Source: a virus (lineage: Duplodnaviria > Caudoviricetes). From it: DNA of 64,000 nucleotides. Numbering within the stretch: the stretch's first letter is position 1; each line of letters opens with the position of its first letter. The position numbers were made by a program, and so were the translations under genes. The notes under the pieces were generated by a model, which saw only the letters and a list, made by a program, of their open reading frames with translations, was not told the DNA's origin and searched no databases. The stretch lies in the IMG/VR virus record IMGVR_UViG_3300023435_000009, one strand, 5' to 3'. Positions 53,970-64,000 of this stretch are shown here, piece after piece.

Positions 53970-56900
53970 ATGGGCTTAATGCACAGACCTTATGTTGGCA
54001 CCTGGAGGTTGGGCCAGCGCAAAGTTGTCCAGCACACACCTGATGCCCTCGTGTACATCAACGGGGACATCTCTCTTCCTGGTTGCCAGAAGTGCCATAG
54101 CGCAATCAACATCCAGCAGTTTGTGACATCGGTGTCAGTGGACGCTGGTTGTGACGCAGCGGGGGCGTCAGGTAACTTTACATTGAGCGTTCCGGTCCAC
54201 CACATAGATTCGTTCGCTCGTGATGCCCAGTTCCTCCTGCACCCAGGGTTGGAGGTTCACATCTACATGCGGGGGTACTTCCCTGTGAAGGGGCTGTATT
54301 CCAATCTGGGAACAGCCATGAACAACCCCGAGATCACGTTTGAAGCCTCGGGTGAGTCTAACATCGACTACAGCAACACCACGTACAGCGGGCACATGGA
54401 GTCCACCCTGGGCGAGACACCGATCCTCATTCCTGGGGTGGACCTGAAAAAGAATGTCCAACTGGAGGCTTACGCAGCGCAGTTGGATCAACTGTGGGCC
54501 TTGGAGGGGCCTCAGACAATCCAAGATTTTCCTCGGGAACGGGTTCTCTACATTGCGATGGCAGCGTCCGAGGAAACGGGGGTTCCCCTAGAGTGGCTGC
54601 TGGGCAATCTGATGCGGGAGAGCAAAATCCTGCCAGCGGGTCGGAATCAAGAGAAGAAGGATTCGGAAACGGAACCGGACACTAACACGGCTTTCGGGTC
54701 CACTCAGGTTTTAAGTAAGTGGTTTGACAACTTTGCCGAAGATCCCCGGATCACTTGGGAACATTCCGATTTGATTGACCCCCGGTTGGCTACCTGGACG
54801 ATGGCTTACACATACCAGAACGCCATGAAGGGCAAGGATTCTGACACGTTGACGGATCTGTGGGCTGGGGAGTTGTGGAGGGGGAAAAACGTCGGTCTTG
54901 ATGGTTCCAATGCACCCGCAGAACAGCGTGCTAAAACTATTGGGGAGTTTAAGGATCACCTGGCATACTGGAAGGGCGAGGCAGCAGGGGTGACTACTGA
55001 CGATTATGCACCGGGTTCTGAGCCGGTCTCAGCCCCTGTTGTGACACCCACACCGGGGTCCACCGTCAACCCCTCGGATGTGTCGTGGGGTGACTCTTTG
55101 GTGAACGAGGCCGGATTGTCCGGGGTTGAGCTTGAGAACATGTTGGCCTACCCCTACTACCACACCTTCCACGGGGTGGTGACGTCGGTGGCACACTCCT
55201 GGAGCGCTGGATCACAGAACATCACCATCCAGTGCGCCTCAATGCTCCATTTCTGGCAGTATCACCAGATGAGCACCAATGCTTCCCTCTTCGGGGCACG
55301 CCCTCAAAACTCTAAAGCCCGTGTGTCCATGGTTGGGCACAATTTCACGGGGATGCACCCCTACGAGATCATGTACACGCTGCACAATGACACCGCTGGG
55401 GCGGCTGGTGGTGTCGCCTATGCTTTGTCCAAGAAGACGAACCAGACTGCTCGTTCACCAATTACGGGGGAGAGCCTTTTCAGTTTGAACCTGAGATACT
55501 GGCAGCACCGTTTCAATCAGCGGGAAACGAAGCTCCGTCTCCACGGTGCTTCAGGGTCGTTGTTCAACTCGGCACAGGCCACCTTCCTGAGTCGTCTTAA
55601 GGGTTCAGAGCTTACCCGGTTACTGAAAAGTCGCTTCCAGGACAAGGGTACAAGTCGGTCGGGTGACATTTTTTCTGCTGCATTGACATTAGGGCTGCTG
55701 AGACCTTCTAGCGAGGACCGCCGGAAGCAGATGATTGAGGCCCTGAAGTTCGCACGATCGAACCCGAACAACCCTGATTCTCCTACTCCGTCATTCGAGT
55801 TGAACCTGGCCGAAATGATTGCTTTCGTGAACAACATCTCCCAATGGGGCCAGGTGCAGCTTTTCGAGAGCACCTACGAGTCCAAACTGGACATCGCACA
55901 GAAGGTGTGTGAGGTCACGGGGTTCGAGTTCTACCAGGATGTGGATGGGGACTTCGTCTTCAAGCCCCCAATGTACAATCTGGACACCTCCGGCAGTCGT
56001 GTGTACCGGCTGGAGGACATCGACATCATCTCCATCAACTTTGACGAGAAGGAACCCCAGGTCACCTACATGACCGTGAAGGGGACGTTCACCAAAAACA
56101 TCGTGGGGCATGGGGTCGAGGGGGAGTGGGGGGTTCAGGGCCAGTATATCGACTACCGTTTGGTCGCACAATTTGGGTGGCGTCCAGGAAATTATGAAAC
56201 GGCGTATTTCAATGACACCAAGTCGATGTTCTTCTCCGCCATCAACCGCATGGACATAATGAACGCTCCTGCCAACTCCGCTTCGGTAACGATCCCGATG
56301 CGTCCTGAGTTGCGTCCTGGGTATCCCGTGTACATCCCCTATCTGGACTGTTTCTACTACTGCAACAGTTTCGCTCACGCCTATCAGGTGGGTGGCCAGT
56401 GTACCACCACGCTACAACTTATTGGGAAGCGGGCCAAGTTCTATGCTCCGGGGGATCCAGCGCAAGTGGAGACCCTGGGGACGAACCCCGTGTTGTCCGG
56501 CATCGATGCTATTAAGTTGGATTATCCAGCCTTCCCACCCACTCCGCTTGAGGTACAGGGAAAGGACGGGAGACCACAGTTGTCGGGGTTCCCCAACGTG
56601 GTGATGGCCCTTGACCCGGAACAGTTCAATCCGTTGTTCTTCCTTGTTGGATCCGATATCGACTCCTTGGACTCCTACCAGTCTCTCTTTGGGCTTCTCA
56701 AGATGGGGGTGGATCTCAACATCCTCACGGTGACGGATAAGGGAAATCCAGGACCGCTGTTCACGATGTCCGCTGATGATGGGAACACAATCAGTTTCTG
56801 GTACCCCACGGACCCGTCGCAACCAAATGAGCTGGGGGGGATCCCCATCAAGGTGGTTGCTGCAATGTATCAGGACAGGCAGGCAAAGTTCACAATAAAC

Positions 56901-59015
56901 CAGGTACAATTGCGGAAGGACTTTGAAAAAGCCAACAGGGCACTGGGAGTGGCCCAAAATAAACAGTCTGATTTGAACAAAAACGATGTGCAGTCCACTG
57001 CGAAGGACAAAACAAAGGCACAGGCAGCGGTGACTGCGGCTGAGGCCAAGGTTGCTAAAGTCAGAGCCCAGTTCGACTCAGCAATAACTGCCTTTGATGA
57101 AAGCCTGGGGGACTCATCCGACACCGCCTCGGTAGGCTATTTCGTGGAGCTTATCCGAAGGACAGGGAATCGGTTCCTCAAGGACGCACAGTTCGGGACA
57201 GCCTACAAGGATCCCAACGCCACCACGACCCTCCTGGACCTGTTGGGGGACAAGAAGGCGTCTCTTTCCAATGGTTCACTGCCTGGGATGTACCGTTACT
57301 ACTCGGCGTCACATCCTCAGAAAGAGTACCAAGGGCAACCCGTAAAGAAGATCAAAAAAACGGACACCGGAACTAGCAGCGATACACTGACGCCCAATGA
57401 CATGGCGGGGAAAACACTGCCCGTGCCGACGTTCCTGCCCTCCAATGAGATCGAGATCCAGCCTAATGGGGTACTGCCCCAGGCGCAGTTGGGGGCACGA
57501 GTTCCCATCTGGGGGATCAAGGTGTTGACCAACAGGATAGCGGGGGGTGAGTTCGTTCCTACCAACGAGATCCGGGAGATGATGTTTAGTCCCGTAGAGG
57601 TCACATTGTCACGGGGGAAGTCCAAGACTATAAAGCGTTCCTGGAGTTTGGAGTTTGGGGGCGGGTTCCTTTCCAAGGTGGAAAGTCAGATTGTGACCCT
57701 GGCTGCCAAAGCGACTCTGGAGCAAACACCGCAAAGCCTGTTCTCGGTGTGGTTGACCCTATTCAATAGTACGGGTCTCGTGCTGGCTGCTCTTGCAGCA
57801 AACGCTCATGGCACAGCGCCGATTGCAGATCTTTCCACATTTGTTGTGATTCCCGACGCTTTTTATGCCTTTGGTGCCGTGTGGCCAAGTACCACCCCAC
57901 TCAGCACCTACAAACTGGCGGACAACCCCAGTGCCTCCAAGAAATTGTTTCGGGGTTCCTCTACCAGGAATTCCATCGATGTGTGGAAGAACGTGGCTCA
58001 GTGGTTCGCTGGGAATGTGCAGGAGCAGGTGCGAGCCATTAAGGACCAGTGGTTGGAGAGCACCGTAGCCCAAGAAACCAGCCACCAGACCACAATGGAG
58101 AGATTGGACCTTTTTGTGAAAACTTTGGCCGGTCCCTACGGTGACACGGTCCCCAAGAAGTTTTCTGAATCATGGACGGTCAGGACACCCATCACGGTGT
58201 TAGCGTACCCTCCTGTGTTCCCCGTGTCCGACGCTCGTGGCTACACCGTGATCGGCTCCTATCGTTACGGGCGGGACGTGGACACAGACCCCGGTGGTGT
58301 CCTGGATCAGTTGACCAGGCAGGACCCTCTCTCCCTGTTGAGCCAAGATCTGGTGGAGGACATTGTAGACGTCATCACCCTGGGTAAAGGTGATGATTCC
58401 GTGAAGGAGGTTGAGCGCAAGGTTTTGCAAAGCCTCCGAGACAACTTGACGGATGAGCAGATCCTGGACCTGGGGTTGGCCCGAACGACTGGTGACCCCA
58501 CGGAGCTACAGATCAATCTTATCAACTTCCTGACGGACAAGGCCAAGGATGGGGTCCACAAGATCCCGTTGGTGAATGCTGGGTATTCACTGGCTGAACT
58601 GACATCAGGACTCAAGACGACGACCTGCACCTGTAAGGCAGCGGAGGCTGACATCCTGTTGGACATTGCGGGGCATGCTGATTTTATCCAGGTGGACACT
58701 CCCGGATCCCCGACTAGTTCCCCGTTGCCGTTGGCCTTGGGGGAACAGGGACTGGATGATGTGACCAGATTGCTGATGTCCTCATCGATGGGTCCGGCCT
58801 TGGATTGGGAGATGTCCCAGGAGGCTCTGCGGGGTTCCCTTCCGGACATGAAGCCCAGCAGTGTCGTGAGGACCATCAAGGATCTTAAAAAGACCTATGA
58901 GGACTTCGCCGCCCAGCAGAAGGCAGCGGCGGACAACCTGAAAAGCACTAGCAAAAACGTCATCGGTCAGGCCAACGAGGGCGTAGTAGACGCTTTCACG
59001 GGTGAGGAGAACTAA
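53970..59015 (+). CDS. baseplate hub (gp27-like) with inserted lytic transglycosylase-like domain
   Basis: LHPGLEVHIYMRGY, FHGVVTSVAH, GFEFYQDVDGDFVFKPP and IPMRPELRPGYPV hub patterns; NLMRES...FGSTQV...LIDP SLT-like insert. Confidence 0.75.
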   Translation: MGLMHRPYVGTWRLGQRKVVQHTPDALVYINGDISLPGCQKCHSAINIQQFVTSVSVDAGCDAAGASGNFTLSVPVHHIDSFARDAQFLLHPGLEVHIYMRGYFPVKGLYSNLGTAMNNPEITFEASGESNIDYSNTTYSGHMESTLGETPILIPGVDLKKNVQLEAYAAQLDQLWALEGPQTIQDFPRERVLYIAMAASEETGVPLEWLLGNLMRESKILPAGRNQEKKDSETEPDTNTAFGSTQVLSKWFDNFAEDPRITWEHSDLIDPRLATWTMAYTYQNAMKGKDSDTLTDLWAGELWRGKNVGLDGSNAPAEQRAKTIGEFKDHLAYWKGEAAGVTTDDYAPGSEPVSAPVVTPTPGSTVNPSDVSWGDSLVNEAGLSGVELENMLAYPYYHTFHGVVTSVAHSWSAGSQNITIQCASMLHFWQYHQMSTNASLFGARPQNSKARVSMVGHNFTGMHPYEIMYTLHNDTAGAAGGVAYALSKKTNQTARSPITGESLFSLNLRYWQHRFNQRETKLRLHGASGSLFNSAQATFLSRLKGSELTRLLKSRFQDKGTSRSGDIFSAALTLGLLRPSSEDRRKQMIEALKFARSNPNNPDSPTPSFELNLAEMIAFVNNISQWGQVQLFESTYESKLDIAQKVCEVTGFEFYQDVDGDFVFKPPMYNLDTSGSRVYRLEDIDIISINFDEKEPQVTYMTVKGTFTKNIVGHGVEGEWGVQGQYIDYRLVAQFGWRPGNYETAYFNDTKSMFFSAINRMDIMNAPANSASVTIPMRPELRPGYPVYIPYLDCFYYCNSFAHAYQVGGQCTTTLQLIGKRAKFYAPGDPAQVETLGTNPVLSGIDAIKLDYPAFPPTPLEVQGKDGRPQLSGFPNVVMALDPEQFNPLFFLVGSDIDSLDSYQSLFGLLKMGVDLNILTVTDKGNPGPLFTMSADDGNTISFWYPTDPSQPNELGGIPIKVVAAMYQDRQAKFTINQVQLRKDFEKANRALGVAQNKQSDLNKNDVQSTAKDKTKAQAAVTAAEAKVAKVRAQFDSAITAFDESLGDSSDTASVGYFVELIRRTGNRFLKDAQFGTAYKDPNATTTLLDLLGDKKASLSNGSLPGMYRYYSASHPQKEYQGQPVKKIKKTDTGTSSDTLTPNDMAGKTLPVPTFLPSNEIEIQPNGVLPQAQLGARVPIWGIKVLTNRIAGGEFVPTNEIREMMFSPVEVTLSRGKSKTIKRSWSLEFGGGFLSKVESQIVTLAAKATLEQTPQSLFSVWLTLFNSTGLVLAALAANAHGTAPIADLSTFVVIPDAFYAFGAVWPSTTPLSTYKLADNPSASKKLFRGSSTRNSIDVWKNVAQWFAGNVQEQVRAIKDQWLESTVAQETSHQTTMERLDLFVKTLAGPYGDTVPKKFSESWTVRTPITVLAYPPVFPVSDARGYTVIGSYRYGRDVDTDPGGVLDQLTRQDPLSLLSQDLVEDIVDVITLGKGDDSVKEVERKVLQSLRDNLTDEQILDLGLARTTGDPTELQINLINFLTDKAKDGVHKIPLVNAGYSLAELTSGLKTTTCTCKAAEADILLDIAGHADFIQVDTPGSPTSSPLPLALGEQGLDDVTRLLMSSSMGPALDWEMSQEALRGSLPDMKPSSVVRTIKDLKKTYEDFAAQQKAAADNLKSTSKNVIGQANEGVVDAFTGEEN

Positions 59016-61444
59016 TGGCCCCATCAGACACCAGTTCCAGACGTCCAGGTGGTGCCCCCTCTGTTACCCGTGGGCAGATGCGGTCCACAACCACGAAGGC
59101 CCAGCAGGATCTGAAGAAGGCTTCCCCTGACCAGAATTACGGGTTGGGGATCGCCAAGGTCACTAACTTGGACTACGAGGGCCACCTCGCTACGCTCCGT
59201 ACCGTAGCGGGTGCCTCGGGCACCTATGAGCGTGTGCCTGTTCCCCTTACCTTCCCAGGGGCCGGTGCCCGCCACTTCCTCGGGGCGATGCCCCAGATCG
59301 GGGATTTCTGCATCATCGGTTGGATGGTGCAGGAGAGTGCCACATCGGACGTGGGGGAGAGTACCAAGACTCCTGTGATTCTGGGTTGGATGGTTCCGGG
59401 CATCTGGCCAGGCCGGAACTGGGTAACAACGGCGGAAACGACCGCCGACGAATACGAACTGGGACCGGGAGAAGAGAAATTCTGGGAGGGTTCCTATGAT
59501 CGCACCCGGCACAAGCTCCGGCACATCCAACCCGGCAACATCGTAGGCTCCTCTGCCCAGGGTTCAGACCTTGTGCTGGATGAGAGTGTGACACTGTCCA
59601 ACAGGCGGGGGAACGAGTTCCGCCTACGGGACCAGGACCAGGCTGCCGTACTCCGGGCGTTGCAGAGTTTCCAAGCGCTGGCTGGTGCCCGTGTCTACGC
59701 CGGGATGGTGCAGCGGGATGCCACATTCCTTCCTCCCACCATGGTGTCCGATGGAAAGATCTGGGATGATGGACTTCAGGCGGGGCTGGGACGCCCACTG
59801 ACGGACAAGTCACTCCCCTCAAGTCTGAGTGAAACCCAGGGGTTCCTGACACCATCAGCGAACTTGGCTAAGAGCACTGAGGATTCGACGCTCACTCGAA
59901 GCTATCTTGCCCCGGACCCGTACCTGGATCCCCTCCAGTTTCTTCGGTACGGGGGTTTCATCAACGAATTCGGGCAGGTCGTAGATGATAAGCATAAAAC
60001 CGATGCAATCTACGGGGCGAAGTCCCTGTTCCGTGTGTCCAATCAGAGCAAGGGAAATGCTGTCACCAACCCGGATGCCCGGACGTTGACGGAGTACCGT
60101 ATTGAGGTTACCCACACCTCGGATGGGATTTTGCCCGTCACCGAGCAGACGGACATGCTCGATGTAGACCGGATCCCGGAGAACGACCCGAAGACGGGGT
60201 CCACGACACCGAACGTCAACGCTCCGTACATAGAGTGGGTGCTGGGATCCGTGGTCGGGAACGACCCTTTCTCAATTGCCGGGAGGAAGAGCTACGGGCT
60301 TCCTCTGGTGGCCTCCGTTTTTGACGGGGACACTCCCGCACCAGGGATAGAACCTGCCAACATTACATTCGTTGGGGGTGGGGCCAGTTCAACCCCCATC
60401 TTGGAGCAAGCCGCTACGCTGTTCCGGTTGACACCCCCTACTGGAGGTGTGTCCGAGACGTTCGTGTCCTACAACAAGCAAGGGCAACTCAGGGCCAGCA
60501 TCGGAGGCGACCCGAAAGGCAACGCAGTGGAAGCGTTCCTGAGGGGTGGCCTCAAATTGGGCGTTGCAGGAAAGTTCCAACTGCTGCTCGATGGGCACAC
60601 CGAGTTCGGAACCACTGGAACGAACAGCCTGGCCTTCACGGCGCAGGAGGGCTCAGTTCGCATTTTCGGTGGGGGACCTATCAAGTCACACGAAGCTGAG
60701 ATGGAGGCCGTGTTGGGCACGGGGCGGGGCGCAGGGGACGTTCCTGCGGTAGACATTGAGGCCCGAACCAACCTTCGCCTCCTTGCGGGCAAAAAGGTGC
60801 TCATCCATGGGCACCAGACCGAGGTCAGTGCGACCTCCGTGCAGATCACTGGGCATGAGGATTTGAGCCTCGACGGAGTCAAGAGGACATCCATTTCCTC
60901 CGAAAACTTCCAGATCACTGTGGGTGGGAAATGCCAGGAGTCCTACGGTGGTCCCAAGTACGGTCTCCCCACGAATTTCCCCCTCCACGAGCGGACTTAC
61001 GCCCCTACGGTGCCAGGTTTCGTCTGTGAGAAGGTGACCTATGTGGCGGGGGATCGTGAGGAAACCTTCAACCTGGGGAATCACAAGACTTCCATCAAAG
61101 TCGGTAACATGACCTATGAGACCCTGGTGGGTGTGTGGAAGGCCAAGGCTGCTACCAGCACCTTGACGATGAGCCCTGCTGGGATCAACGCCACGGCAAG
61201 TGTTGGCCCCCTCTCCCTTACGGCCTCGGCGGGCACGGCAACAATGACAGGCACGGCGGCTGCTTTCCTTGTAGCGACTGCGGGGGTGGCGACTGTGAGA
61301 GGATCCTCGGGCGTGTTGCTGGCAGGGCCGATTTTTGGAACGGACAGTGGCCCAATTCTCTGCGCCGGTTCTCTGGAACCCTTCACGGGGCTGCCGTTCG
61401 GAACTTGGGGTATCGGGGCCAAGGGCCATCTGATCGCTAGTTAG
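59015..61444 (+). CDS. baseplate central spike (gp5/VgrG-like OB fold with beta-rich C-terminus)
   Basis: GIAKVTNLDY...MPQIGDFCIIGW OB-fold pattern; repetitive beta-strand C-terminus; TAATG coupling. Confidence 0.7.
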   Translation: MAPSDTSSRRPGGAPSVTRGQMRSTTTKAQQDLKKASPDQNYGLGIAKVTNLDYEGHLATLRTVAGASGTYERVPVPLTFPGAGARHFLGAMPQIGDFCIIGWMVQESATSDVGESTKTPVILGWMVPGIWPGRNWVTTAETTADEYELGPGEEKFWEGSYDRTRHKLRHIQPGNIVGSSAQGSDLVLDESVTLSNRRGNEFRLRDQDQAAVLRALQSFQALAGARVYAGMVQRDATFLPPTMVSDGKIWDDGLQAGLGRPLTDKSLPSSLSETQGFLTPSANLAKSTEDSTLTRSYLAPDPYLDPLQFLRYGGFINEFGQVVDDKHKTDAIYGAKSLFRVSNQSKGNAVTNPDARTLTEYRIEVTHTSDGILPVTEQTDMLDVDRIPENDPKTGSTTPNVNAPYIEWVLGSVVGNDPFSIAGRKSYGLPLVASVFDGDTPAPGIEPANITFVGGGASSTPILEQAATLFRLTPPTGGVSETFVSYNKQGQLRASIGGDPKGNAVEAFLRGGLKLGVAGKFQLLLDGHTEFGTTGTNSLAFTAQEGSVRIFGGGPIKSHEAEMEAVLGTGRGAGDVPAVDIEARTNLRLLAGKKVLIHGHQTEVSATSVQITGHEDLSLDGVKRTSISSENFQITVGGKCQESYGGPKYGLPTNFPLHERTYAPTVPGFVCEKVTYVAGDREETFNLGNHKTSIKVGNMTYETLVGVWKAKAATSTLTMSPAGINATASVGPLSLTASAGTATMTGTAAAFLVATAGVATVRGSSGVLLAGPIFGTDSGPILCAGSLEPFTGLPFGTWGIGAKGHLIAS

Positions 61445-61449
61445 CCTAT

Positions 61450-61478
61450 TTGTCCTTCTGGTATAGGGAAGATAGGGT
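61450..61478 (+). promoter_or_regulatory. possible sigma70-like promoter of the HNH gene
   Basis: TTGTCC (61450-55) - N17 - TAGGGT (61473-78). Confidence 0.4.
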
Positions 61479-61489
61479 TGGGGGCGGAA

Positions 61490-62269
61490 ATGCCAAAGCG
61501 AGCAACTTTCCAAGTCGGTCAGCGGTACGGGCGTTTGGTGATCACTGGTGATGCCCCTCGTGCCCCCCATGGGCAAACTCAGGTGCAATGCCTCTGCGAC
61601 TGTGGCACCGTCGTGGTCAAAGTCCTGCACAAAATGATGTCGGGACACACCCGTAGTTGCGGGTGTCTTCGGGGGGTTTCACACGGGGTTACTTCCGAAA
61701 CGTCTATGTTGGGACAAAGGTTTGGGCGACTCACTGTGACCGGCAGAAACAGGAACAATACACGGGAGGGTGGTACTCAATGGGACTGCCTCTGTGATTG
61801 TGGTCACCCCACCACTGTGCCACTGAATCGCCTTCGTACTGGCATCACACGTAGTTGTGGTTGTCTTCACCACGATAATGCCGTTTCCATGGGGAAGTCG
61901 AACAAAGGCAAACGGGCGCACAACTGGAAAGGTGTCGGTGAAATTTCCGGTTGTTTTTGGAAGCAAATCCTGGCAGGGGCGGAGCAACGAGGATTGTCCG
62001 TCACTGTCACACACCAGGAGATTTGGCAGCTTTATCAGAGGCAAAACGGAAGATGTGCCCTAACGGGATTTGCACTGACCTTTGACAGGATTGGCGTTCG
62101 GTCAAGCGGGAATGCATCGCTTGACCGCATCGACAGCACTAAGGGTTACGAGATAGATAACATCCAATGGGTAGAGAAACGGGTGCAACAGATGAAGTGG
62201 GATATGGCCCAGGCTGAATTGGTTTTCTTGTGTAAAGCTGTTGTAACGCACAGTGCCCGAAGGGACTGA
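61490..62269 (+). CDS. HNH-type homing endonuclease with duplicated N-terminal GQRFGRL/CDCG/SCGC module
   Basis: Two GQR(Y/F)GRL...CLCDCG...TRSCGCL units; CALTG...SLDRIDSTKGY..DNIQWV. Confidence 0.85.
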   Translation: MPKRATFQVGQRYGRLVITGDAPRAPHGQTQVQCLCDCGTVVVKVLHKMMSGHTRSCGCLRGVSHGVTSETSMLGQRFGRLTVTGRNRNNTREGGTQWDCLCDCGHPTTVPLNRLRTGITRSCGCLHHDNAVSMGKSNKGKRAHNWKGVGEISGCFWKQILAGAEQRGLSVTVTHQEIWQLYQRQNGRCALTGFALTFDRIGVRSSGNASLDRIDSTKGYEIDNIQWVEKRVQQMKWDMAQAELVFLCKAVVTHSARRD

Positions 62270-62270
62270 T

Positions 62271-62888
62271 ATGGCCCTGACCCCAAACCAGCTCTACCAG
62301 ACCCTGGCCCAGAATAGGGCTTCGGGTGGTTTCCCCTTCGGGGGTGTTCCTTATGATGGTCTCGCACAGGGGATTGCTTCGGGCGTGATCCAGTGGGGCA
62401 TCAACCAACCGACGAACTTGGCGCTCAAAGGGGTGGCTACGGGACAGCCCGGTATGGGTGTGATCGAGGCTGCGAGCAGCAAACTGGTCGTTCCTCCGAC
62501 TGTGGACGTGGTGGTATCTGCCCTATCAGGAGCGGGGATGCAGGGGCCTTTGTCCCTCTCTCTGGCGACGGCGGTGACCATGGGGATCTCGCAAGGATTT
62601 AGCAGTTATGGACAGTATTCCGGTGTCGCTGCTGGGATTAGCGTGGGGCAGGATGTCTCTAAGGTCATCGTGGCGAACGGTCCTGCTCTGGTGGGTATCT
62701 TACAGGGTACCTTAAGGGCCTCGCTTGGTGCTGGAGCGGCACTTTCGATGATGGCTCAAGGTCTTGGGATCGGGATAGCCTCGTTGCTTCTGTTGGGAGT
62801 CGGGACGGCCTCTGTGACGCTGCCTGCGACTCCCCCCGTTGTGGCGGGAGTTCCTGTCCCTGGCACTACGAACTCGGTGGTGGTGTAA
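62271..62888 (+). CDS. Gly/Ala-rich baseplate-associated protein
   Basis: ATG 62271 after AGGGA; 205 aa; follows the spike gene. Confidence 0.6.
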   Translation: MALTPNQLYQTLAQNRASGGFPFGGVPYDGLAQGIASGVIQWGINQPTNLALKGVATGQPGMGVIEAASSKLVVPPTVDVVVSALSGAGMQGPLSLSLATAVTMGISQGFSSYGQYSGVAAGISVGQDVSKVIVANGPALVGILQGTLRASLGAGAALSMMAQGLGIGIASLLLLGVGTASVTLPATPPVVAGVPVPGTTNSVVV

Positions 62889-64000
62889 TGGGTTTCAGTT
62901 TCGACGGTCATGTATTGCGGGGGGCACGGATCGCTCCCAGTAACGCTGTTACCTCAGGGGAGCCCGTCACGGGGGTCATCCGTGATCCACGCTCTGTCCC
63001 CACGGCATACACATTAAAGGTCGGGTCACCCCTGGGTGAGCCTCCGACCTTTGTGGACGCAGCGGCTGATAAGTACAGGGCCGGAATCCTAGATGCACCG
63101 GGCACAACTCCGGTTGAGTATCTGGTATGGGCGCAGAACACGGCATCCCTGTCATGGGTGGATGACCCATCTTGGTGGCTGGAAACGGGAACAGCGACAT
63201 ACCCCACGGGTACCCTGAGCGTGACCGACGTCGTAGCGGGTGAGACTTGGACGGATGGGGCAGCCCACCTTGTGGTTACGGACGAGGGGAACAGGAGCCT
63301 CAGTCGCATCCTGGCGGTTGTTGTCGCTCGGGGCGATCAGGACTACGACGATGACGGTTGGATCGATCCTGACGATGTGAACCCAGCCAACCATCCGGGG
63401 GGCCAGCCCCGTAAGGGCAACGCCCCCTACGTCACCCTCTATTTCGAGGCCGACGAGCAGAGTCCGACCCTTGGGATGGCCTATCTCACGGACGTACAGC
63501 AGACCGCTCTCGCCGGGGGCCTGTCCCTTCGCAGAGGGGACTACGTGGTGGCCGTCCACTACACACTGGCGTCGTCCCGCTTCTGGTGGACGAGGAACGA
63601 CCGCTACGAGACCCGGTTCGGGTGGGACGGACAGGCTCGGCGTTGGGCACCATACAAGGGCACGGCAGTCAAGAATCTGGGTGCAATGGTGCTAGACCTG
63701 GATTACACGATGAGCCCTAAGGTCAACAACCTGCCCGTGGGGACCTTCCTACCGGGTTCTTCGGCAGCCCCTGACCAGTACTCGATGATCCGGGTGGGGT
63801 CCGTACCGGGGGCCACAGGGACGCCTGTGGGGTCTGTCCGTGTGGTGGCAGACAGTGACTTCGAGGACTATGACTTCGCAGCAAACCCTTGCAATGCTGT
63901 AATGGGTCAGACGGGTGGGAAGCTCGCTTTTAACCCGGAATTTGCGACGGCCCATGCTGGTGAGACCATCTGGTACTCCTACAAGGGCTACAGCCCAACC
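62888..64000 (+). CDS. 5' part of a large baseplate/tail gene running off the right edge
   Basis: TAATG coupling; MGFSFDGHVLRGARIAPSN... stays open for 371 codons to the window end. Confidence 0.75.
   Translation, partial: MGFSFDGHVLRGARIAPSNAVTSGEPVTGVIRDPRSVPTAYTLKVGSPLGEPPTFVDAAADKYRAGILDAPGTTPVEYLVWAQNTASLSWVDDPSWWLETGTATYPTGTLSVTDVVAGETWTDGAAHLVVTDEGNRSLSRILAVVVARGDQDYDDDGWIDPDDVNPANHPGGQPRKGNAPYVTLYFEADEQSPTLGMAYLTDVQQTALAGGLSLRRGDYVVAVHYTLASSRFWWTRNDRYETRFGWDGQARRWAPYKGTAVKNLGAMVLDLDYTMSPKVNNLPVGTFLPGSSAAPDQYSMIRVGSVPGATGTPVGSVRVVADSDFEDYDFAANPCNAVMGQTGGKLAFNPEFATAHAGETIWYSYKGYSPT

Noticed and set aside
1-64000. CRISPR array, TIGR-like array, tRNA or rRNA genes
   Set aside because: I saw no regularly spaced repeat-spacer units and no cloverleaf with a TTCRA T-loop. 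The only tandem repeats found are in-frame coding repeats.
1-64000. Alternative genetic code (stop-codon reassignment)
   Set aside because: TAG, TGA and TAA all terminate long genes at sensible boundaries, and standard-code ORFs tile the window densely.
33192-64000. Extracellular contractile injection system instead of a phage
   Set aside because: Neck-like and head-associated genes, homing endonucleases and phage-type accessory genes flank the tail module. A jumbo myophage is more parsimonious, although no capsid or terminase gene lies in this window.

Overview
This window is a 64-kb segment of a large (jumbo-type) contractile-tailed dsDNA phage genome, GC-rich and using the standard genetic code. 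It covers the virion morphogenesis region: putative head-internal and decoration proteins, neck, a 1769-aa tail sheath, tail tube, chaperones, tape measure, tube initiators, a baseplate hub with a lytic transglycosylase-like insert, the spike, and the start of a large baseplate gene. Interspersed are five free-standing homing-endonuclease-like genes, two solo tnpB genes and three GIY-YIG proteins. Accessory genes include an actin-like ATPase, a CinA/PncC NMN deamidase, Hsp20, a MerR-type regulator and a VIT-vWA protein. The observations not explained by ordinary annotation are: (1) two highly structured intergenic RNA candidates (23364-23790 and 45493-45655, the latter starting just after an extended -10 element); (2) a four-copy, fixed-spacing promoter-like motif GATCATC-N13-GAGTAG ahead of small accessory genes, alongside separate sigma70-like and TATA-like promoter classes; (3) a virion protein whose repeated domain appears nested four deep (N1-N2-N3-N4/C4-C3-C2-C1); (4) an ATT-initiated tail gene; (5) recoded 3' ends of genes next to homing endonucleases. 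No CRISPR array, tRNA or rRNA was seen. All product calls come from motif recognition by eye; no database search was run.
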